A stretch of DNA of 64,000 nt, from NCBI GenBank assembly GCA_038897215.1, contig JAWAWX010000001.1, forward strand, positions 640,001 through 704,000, written 5' to 3'. Positions within the stretch are counted from its first letter, which is position 1. Each line of letters starts with the position of its first letter. The stretch is from Acidilobaceae archaeon. Lineage in GTDB: Archaea; Thermoproteota; Thermoprotei_A; Sulfolobales; Acidilobaceae. The notes below the pieces were generated by a model, which had not been told where the DNA came from, did not search any database, and saw only the letters and a program-made list of their open reading frames with translations. This document shows positions 58,889-64,000 of this stretch, in pieces. The position numbers were made by a program, and so were the translations under genes.

Positions 58889-59449
58889 ATGTCGTGGTTT
58901 CCCAGGAGGAGGAGGTTTTTCCGCGATATAGACGAGTTCTTTAGAGACTTCTTCAGAGACATGGAGGAGTTCTTAGAGGAGATAGAGGAAGAGTTCGAGA
59001 GACTCCGTCGTAGAGCAGTAGAGGAGGGGAGAGAGGAGGGCTATAGAGTCAGATACTTCGGCCCCTACGTTTACGGCATGAGGATAACCATCGGGCCAGA
59101 CGGGATCCCTAGAGTCGAGGAGTTCGGTAACGTTAGGAGAGAGCGCGGCAGGAGACCGCTGATATCTGAAGAGATGGAGCCGATAGTTGATGTGATCGAG
59201 AGAGAAGACGAGGTACGAGTAGTGGCTGAGCTCCCTGGAGCCGATAAGGAGAAGATAGACGTCAAAGTGGTCGGCAAGAAGGTGGTGATTAAAGCGAGCA
59301 ACGGGAGAAAGTACTACAAGGAAGTAGACCTGGAGCACGAGGTAGACCCTGATACAGCTAAAGCCACTTACAAGAACGGCATACTCGAGGTCGTATTCAA
59401 GAAGAAGAAGAGAGTAGAGGAAGAGGGTAAGAGGATCAAAGTGGAGTAA
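58889..59449 (+). CDS. hsp20: Small heat-shock protein Hsp20
   Basis: GPYVYG...GPDG, EPIVDV, AELPG, ATYKNGILEV, IKVE tail. Confidence 0.95.
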   Translation: MSWFPRRRRFFRDIDEFFRDFFRDMEEFLEEIEEEFERLRRRAVEEGREEGYRVRYFGPYVYGMRITIGPDGIPRVEEFGNVRRERGRRPLISEEMEPIVDVIEREDEVRVVAELPGADKEKIDVKVVGKKVVIKASNGRKYYKEVDLEHEVDPDTAKATYKNGILEVVFKKKKRVEEEGKRIKVE

Positions 59450-59990
59450 CGTCTCTACACTCCTCGTCGAGCTCTCTCTCTACCACGCTATCTCCGACTA
59501 TCTTGCTCCCCCCGTCGAAATCGCATAGAACTATAGTGAATCTCTCTCTACCCTCCACGGCTCTAGAAAGCCACTCTTTCAGCTCTCTGCACTCCTCTCC
59601 TGAGGCTTCTCTACACGCTATGTCTACAGGCTCTTCGAACATGTAAACTAGCCCCTCGATTGTCGTTATCAGTCCTGGCGTGTAGATAGTGGGAGTGAAT
59701 TGGAGATTCTTCTCTCTAATCTTGATACCGGCTTTCGAAGACTTGACGACCATGTATCTCAACTCCTCCTCTCCTGAGACCTCAACGAGTATCTTCTTAG
59801 GCTTCTGCTCTTCTGCTAGCATCACGTTCCTGTTGGAGAAACCGCAATTCCCGCATATCGCGACGAGGATTAAGACTCTACCGAAGTGGGGGACAGAGTA
59901 AGTGTACACGTCTACCTCTAACTTCTCCTGACCGCAGACAGGGCACTTCTCCCTACTCGAGTATAGCTTGACAGGCTCCTCTGTCTCCAC
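59436..59990 (-). CDS. ZPR1 zinc-finger protein
   Basis: CPVCG...PHFG...CGNCGF, VVKS, ITTIEG. Confidence 0.9.
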   Translation of the reverse strand: METEEPVKLYSSREKCPVCGQEKLEVDVYTYSVPHFGRVLILVAICGNCGFSNRNVMLAEEQKPKKILVEVSGEEELRYMVVKSSKAGIKIREKNLQFTPTIYTPGLITTIEGLVYMFEEPVDIACREASGEECRELKEWLSRAVEGRERFTIVLCDFDGGSKIVGDSVVERELDEECRDVTPL

Positions 59991-60000
59991 GCGTGCTCCC

Positions 60001-60279
60001 TCATCTCGCTTTCTGCTTCAAGAAGTTTTCAGCCTCTCTCGCTATAGCCTCAGCTAGAGCTCTCTCAGACTCTAGAACACACTCCTCCACACAGCCCTCT
60101 CTAGCTACGGGGTCTAAAGTAGCGCATCTCTCGTAGAGACACTTCCTGGAGAGCGATTGCCTGTTGAACGAGTAGACGACGATATGGCCTAGTTGTTGCT
60201 TTAATAGGAGATGGGAGACTCCCAGTCTTCTGAGCACTTCATCCACTAGCGCTATGTCGACTAGCCTGCTGTCAGCCAC
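60001..60279 (-). CDS. Small Cys-containing hypothetical protein
   Basis: 92 aa, CxxxC...CxxxC; co-oriented with ZPR1. Confidence 0.55.
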   Translation of the reverse strand: MADSRLVDIALVDEVLRRLGVSHLLLKQQLGHIVVYSFNRQSLSRKCLYERCATLDPVAREGCVEECVLESERALAEAIAREAENFLKQKAR

Positions 60280-60415
60280 GAATGCTCTAAGGTCCGATCT
60301 GAGAGACTCAGCTATACTCGAAGCGATAGCCTCGTCTCTCCTCTCACTCTCCAGTGTTACTCACCTAGCTGAGCCTAGTCGGCTTAGGCGTTTATACGTA
60401 AGAGGGTTTAGTAGA

Positions 60416-61417
60416 GTGTCTCTAAGGAGAGTATCGCTACCCCCGCCTAGACACAGCAGGACATTGGGGGAGGCTGTAGAGGAGTTTCTAGCCAAGCTAG
60501 CCACTATGGGGCTCTCGGAGAAGACTATTAGAGCGTACTCCGTTGCTCTCAAGAACTTCGCTGCATACGCAGGGCCCGAGAAGCCTATCTCCACTGTCTC
60601 GAGTAGCGACTACTACGGCTGGCTATCATATCTTAGAGTCAGAGGTGTGAGTGCTCGCGGCGGTAGACTCAAAGAATCCACGCTACACTACTACTCGGTC
60701 TTCGCCAGGAGATTCCTCAAGTGGCTAGGGGTAACTGAAGACCTTCAATCGATACCCGGGGGGGCTAGGGGATTCAGTGGTGCTCTAAGCTGGGCTGATG
60801 TCGAGAAGCTTCTCAATGCTTCAAGAGACCTCGTAGACCTAGCCGTGGTATCTCTCCTAGCTGAGACTGGGTTGAGAGCCTCCGAGCTACTCTCTCTCAA
60901 GGCTTCAGATGTGAATCTAGCTGAGGGAGTAGTTAGAGTTACGGGCAAGTACGGGAAGCAGAGAGTCGCAGTCCTAGGACCCTACTCGCGGTACGTTCTA
61001 GCCGAGTACATGTCTTACTTTGTCAGAAGCCCTGCCGATAGACTCTTCAACCTCTCATACCAAGCGCTCTACAAGAGGCTCAAGAGGCTTGCTGCTAGAG
61101 CAGGGCTCCCAGTAGACAAAGTGAGACCCCACGTCTTACGCCACACTTTCGCTACCGAGGCTCTAAGGCGAGGCATGAGCCTCCCCTCTCTCCAGAGGCT
61201 CTTAGGACACAGCGACCTGAAGGTTACACAGCTCTACCTCCATCTAACAGCAGAGGACGTGAGAGCAGAGTATGAGAGAGCATTCATGAGACAGGCCCCT
61301 GCTCCTCCGCTGGGAGTGTGGCACCAGCCTCCAGCCTATCCAAGCGTCTTCTACAACCCACACTATCAACTAGGCTACAGCATCCCCCAGGGTAGACCGC
61401 ACGCGGGGAGACGCTAG
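60416..61417 (+). CDS. xerA: Tyrosine recombinase XerA (start moved to GTG 60416)
   Basis: TGLRASE, GKYGKQR, HVLRHTFAT, LGH...TQLY catalytic residues; TTTATA at 60391, 25 nt upstream of GTG. Confidence 0.85.
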   Translation: MSLRRVSLPPPRHSRTLGEAVEEFLAKLATMGLSEKTIRAYSVALKNFAAYAGPEKPISTVSSSDYYGWLSYLRVRGVSARGGRLKESTLHYYSVFARRFLKWLGVTEDLQSIPGGARGFSGALSWADVEKLLNASRDLVDLAVVSLLAETGLRASELLSLKASDVNLAEGVVRVTGKYGKQRVAVLGPYSRYVLAEYMSYFVRSPADRLFNLSYQALYKRLKRLAARAGLPVDKVRPHVLRHTFATEALRRGMSLPSLQRLLGHSDLKVTQLYLHLTAEDVRAEYERAFMRQAPAPPLGVWHQPPAYPSVFYNPHYQLGYSIPQGRPHAGRR

Positions 61418-61426
61418 CTCTCGAAC

Positions 61427-61657
61427 TCATTCAGTCTCCTCTTCTTCCTCCTCCTCTGTCACTTTGACTAGCTTCGTAGTCAAGCCTCTCGCGTGAGCTA
61501 CTATGTGGTGCATTAGGTCGCTCGATGAAGCGAAAAGAGCTCTCCCACAGACAGGGCAGACGTAGAGCCCATCGGAAGTTACCTCGGCTAAGACTCGAGA
61601 CCCCTTATAGGAGACTTCACGCTTTCTCTCAGTCATCCCCGAAAGCCTCCGAGACAC
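61427..61657 (-). CDS. Small C2H2 zinc-finger protein
   Basis: YVCPVC...F...DLMHHIVAH, acidic tail. Confidence 0.75.
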   Translation of the reverse strand: MSRRLSGMTERKREVSYKGSRVLAEVTSDGLYVCPVCGRALFASSSDLMHHIVAHARGLTTKLVKVTEEEEEEETE

Positions 61658-61863
61658 TTATAGAGTCCCGAGTGTGTATATATATACCCGGAGCCCCGCC
61701 ATCTCACATCCGCAGATAATCCCCCAGGGGGGATGAAGATGACAGCGGACCGGTTAGGCGGGGCACAACTCTCCTAACCAAACATCGCGCTCTCTCAGTT
61801 TCGTTAAGCCACTAGCCGAGTCTGAGAGGACTCGTCTATGAGCTATGCTATACGCTAGTACGG

Positions 61864-64000
61864 GTGCGGCTATTGCCGAGATTCCTGAGTCTCTTCTCGG
61901 CTAAGCTGAAGCATACCTCCAGAGAGGTCTTCCTAGCTTCTGTAATCTACTGCGGAGAGCTTGAGGTAAGAGTTCTGAGCCCAAAGGGCTACGGTGTCTA
62001 CATATCTGATAGCCTTCTACGCGAGCTGACTGGAGAGAGTAGTGGAGCTGTGGCCGTATACCCAGAGATCAGTTTTAGAGCCAACCCTAGCTCCTTCGAT
62101 TTATGTGAAGCGGCTAGACGGGTAGTGCAGAGAGAACGAGTAGTATACGTGGTGACTAGAGCTCTAGCAGGCGGTAGCGCGGTTGAGGAGATTTACATCA
62201 ACGATTATCCAGAAGCCCCTGTCGAGAGACTAGTAGAGGAGGTGGAAAGACATTTCGTGAAACTACTGTCAGCTCGTGGTCTAAGACCGTGGCAACGCAG
62301 ACTAGCAGAGCTCGTTCTCGAGAAGGCGGGCAGAGGAGGGCTGGTAGTAGCGAGACTCCCTACAGGCTATGGGAAGACAGTTCTGCTCACTCTGCTAGCT
62401 AGAGTGATGTCGAGTAACGGTCTCGGAGGCTATGGGCTCATAGTGTCTCCTTTGAGAGCCATAATTAGGAACCAGTATCTGAAGTCGAGCAAGCTAGGGT
62501 TGAGGGTTGCATTCATAGACTCTACTCTGAGCCCCGACTCGAGAGCCAGAATCCTAGAGGAGACCTCGAGAGGGCTCGTGGATGTTCTAATGGTTACCCC
62601 CGAGAGATTCCTAGACGATTCTTTCAGGAGCTTTCTCGAAAACAATCCACCATCATTCATAGCCTTAGACGAGGCTCACGCTGTAGTAGAGTGGAGTCTC
62701 ACCTTCAGGCCCGCCTACCTCTATCTGCTAAGCTATCTGGCTAAAGCTAGGAGAGAGAAGCTCGGAAAGACCCCTCTGGTCGCTGTAAGCGGTACTCTAG
62801 CCAGGTCTCACACATTGTTTATAGTAGAGAAGCTTGGATTCAAGAGCATCCAGAGCGTTGGCTTGGATTCGAGTAGAGCGAGTAGTAACTCTGAAGCTCT
62901 CCTGATAGAGGGGGAGGCTGTTAGGAGAGACATAGAGCTAGACGTCAGAATAGTTCCAGCGGGTAGGAAGAGGCTTGAAGAGCTAGAGGAGGAGGTGGAG
63001 AAGCTTGTCAGCTGGGCTCGCTCGAGAAGCAGTGGAGGCGCTGGCATAGTCTACGTAGGATTCGTTGAGAACGCTCCCGTGGAATGGCTTAACGCTAAAG
63101 TGGTAGCAGAGACTCTCTCGAGAAGCATAGAGGCTCCATTAGTGTTGTATCATGGAGCTCTTCGAGAAAGCGAGAGGAGGAAGGTGGAGGAGTTTCTGCT
63201 CTCAGATGCTACTCCTCGAGAAGTCGTAGTAGTCGCTACGAAAGCTTTCGGGATGGGAGTAGACGTGCCTCACATCAGATGGGTTGTCCACTACACTCTA
63301 AGCGACTCCATAGAGGACTTCTGCCAGGAGATCGGGAGAGCGGGAAGAGATGGGAGAGGGGCAAGAGCAGTGGTCTTCTACAACCCTCTCGACTTCGAGC
63401 TCAAGAGGAGACTAGTGGTTAGCGAGGTTCTTCCAGCAACTGTCCCACTAAGAGTCTACAATACTGTAGCGGAGCTCTCGAGAAAAACGGGAGAGAGAGC
63501 TGTCTCAATCCCTCTAGAGCTAGCTGGTAGCAAGGCTAGGACGATTAAGGGGCTAGATAAGCTGAGAGAAGCGGGCCTCGTAGACTTCACTATAGCCAAG
63601 AGACGTAACCTCATCCATAAGCCTACCCCTCTACTCTCCGAGAACACCAAATTCTACGTGTGCCGGAGTAGTGCGCAGGACTTGTACCCTCTCAGAATCG
63701 AGGCTCGAGAGAGAGTAGTTGAGGTCGGATATTGCGATGAATGGGTGCTAGCAACTGGCGACCTTCTAGCAGTCGTGGAGCTGCTATCTGGAGTCGAGAA
63801 GCTCCACGCTCCCACACTCGATCTTCTTTTAGCCACGTACTCTGAAGCTGCTTGGAGACTCTCCAAGCTCGATGAGCTACAGAGCTTGATCGAGGAGGCG
63901 GTAAAAGTTGGAGAGCAGAGACTCCTAGACCTTCTAGAGGACTACTTTGATAGAAGGAGAGAGCTGGGGGCTATAGCTGATTGCAGAAGACTCTTGCTAG
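61864..64000 (+). CDS. recQ: RecQ-family DEAH helicase (partial, runs off right edge); not in ORF track
   Basis: Hand translation of frame +1: LPTGYGKT, VSPLRA, TPERF, DEAHAVVEWSLTFRPAY, YHGAL, ATKAFGMGVD, QEIGRAGRDG; no stop before the window end. Confidence 0.9.
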   Translation, partial: MRLLPRFLSLFSAKLKHTSREVFLASVIYCGELEVRVLSPKGYGVYISDSLLRELTGESSGAVAVYPEISFRANPSSFDLCEAARRVVQRERVVYVVTRALAGGSAVEEIYINDYPEAPVERLVEEVERHFVKLLSARGLRPWQRRLAELVLEKAGRGGLVVARLPTGYGKTVLLTLLARVMSSNGLGGYGLIVSPLRAIIRNQYLKSSKLGLRVAFIDSTLSPDSRARILEETSRGLVDVLMVTPERFLDDSFRSFLENNPPSFIALDEAHAVVEWSLTFRPAYLYLLSYLAKARREKLGKTPLVAVSGTLARSHTLFIVEKLGFKSIQSVGLDSSRASSNSEALLIEGEAVRRDIELDVRIVPAGRKRLEELEEEVEKLVSWARSRSSGGAGIVYVGFVENAPVEWLNAKVVAETLSRSIEAPLVLYHGALRESERRKVEEFLLSDATPREVVVVATKAFGMGVDVPHIRWVVHYTLSDSIEDFCQEIGRAGRDGRGARAVVFYNPLDFELKRRLVVSEVLPATVPLRVYNTVAELSRKTGERAVSIPLELAGSKARTIKGLDKLREAGLVDFTIAKRRNLIHKPTPLLSENTKFYVCRSSAQDLYPLRIEARERVVEVGYCDEWVLATGDLLAVVELLSGVEKLHAPTLDLLLATYSEAAWRLSKLDELQSLIEEAVKVGEQRLLDLLEDYFDRRRELGAIADCRRLLL

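Noticed and set aside
60254-60415. N-terminal 54 codons of the XerA track ORF
   Set aside because: They overlap the divergent gene and its promoter region; the TATA at 60391 supports the GTG 60416 start

Overview
Gene-dense chromosomal segment of a thermophilic crenarchaeon (Thermoproteota, probably Desulfurococcales/Acidilobales-like; inferred from a Cren7-like protein, S17e, the LysW pathway, XerA, archaeal TATA promoters and frequent GTG/TTG starts). In order it holds: a dispersed type IV pilus locus (three class III signal-peptide pilins, ATPase, TadC-like protein and a 1037-aa surface protein) mixed with NTPase, HerA, guaA, MscS and TrkA; tRNA-Arg(CCT); a pyr-arg-car-lys biosynthetic supercluster with both LysX and an ArgX-like ligase; a membrane-bound group 1 [NiFe] hydrogenase with HypA, Mrp-type HypB and HypF; translation and tRNA genes; geranylgeranyl reductase followed by two paralogous nucleotidyltransferases; Hsp20, ZPR1, XerA and a RecQ helicase that runs off the right end. 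No CRISPR array, rRNA or transposase was seen. The strongest unexplained signal is a ~450-nt GC-rich intergenic region (~55030-55495; no CTAG from 55115 to 55530) that folds into nested helices with UNCG/GNRA loops and shows no RNase P, SRP or tRNA signature: a candidate novel large ncRNA directly upstream of the GGR + two-nucleotidyltransferase operon. Other notable points are a three-unit HxH membrane protein resembling heme-copper-oxidase homologues with its own regulator and palindrome, a GMP synthase lacking the glutaminase Cys, a CTG-initiated HypA, a candidate Arg/Lys operator motif and strong CTAG over-representation. All calls come from reading motifs by eye; no database searches were run.
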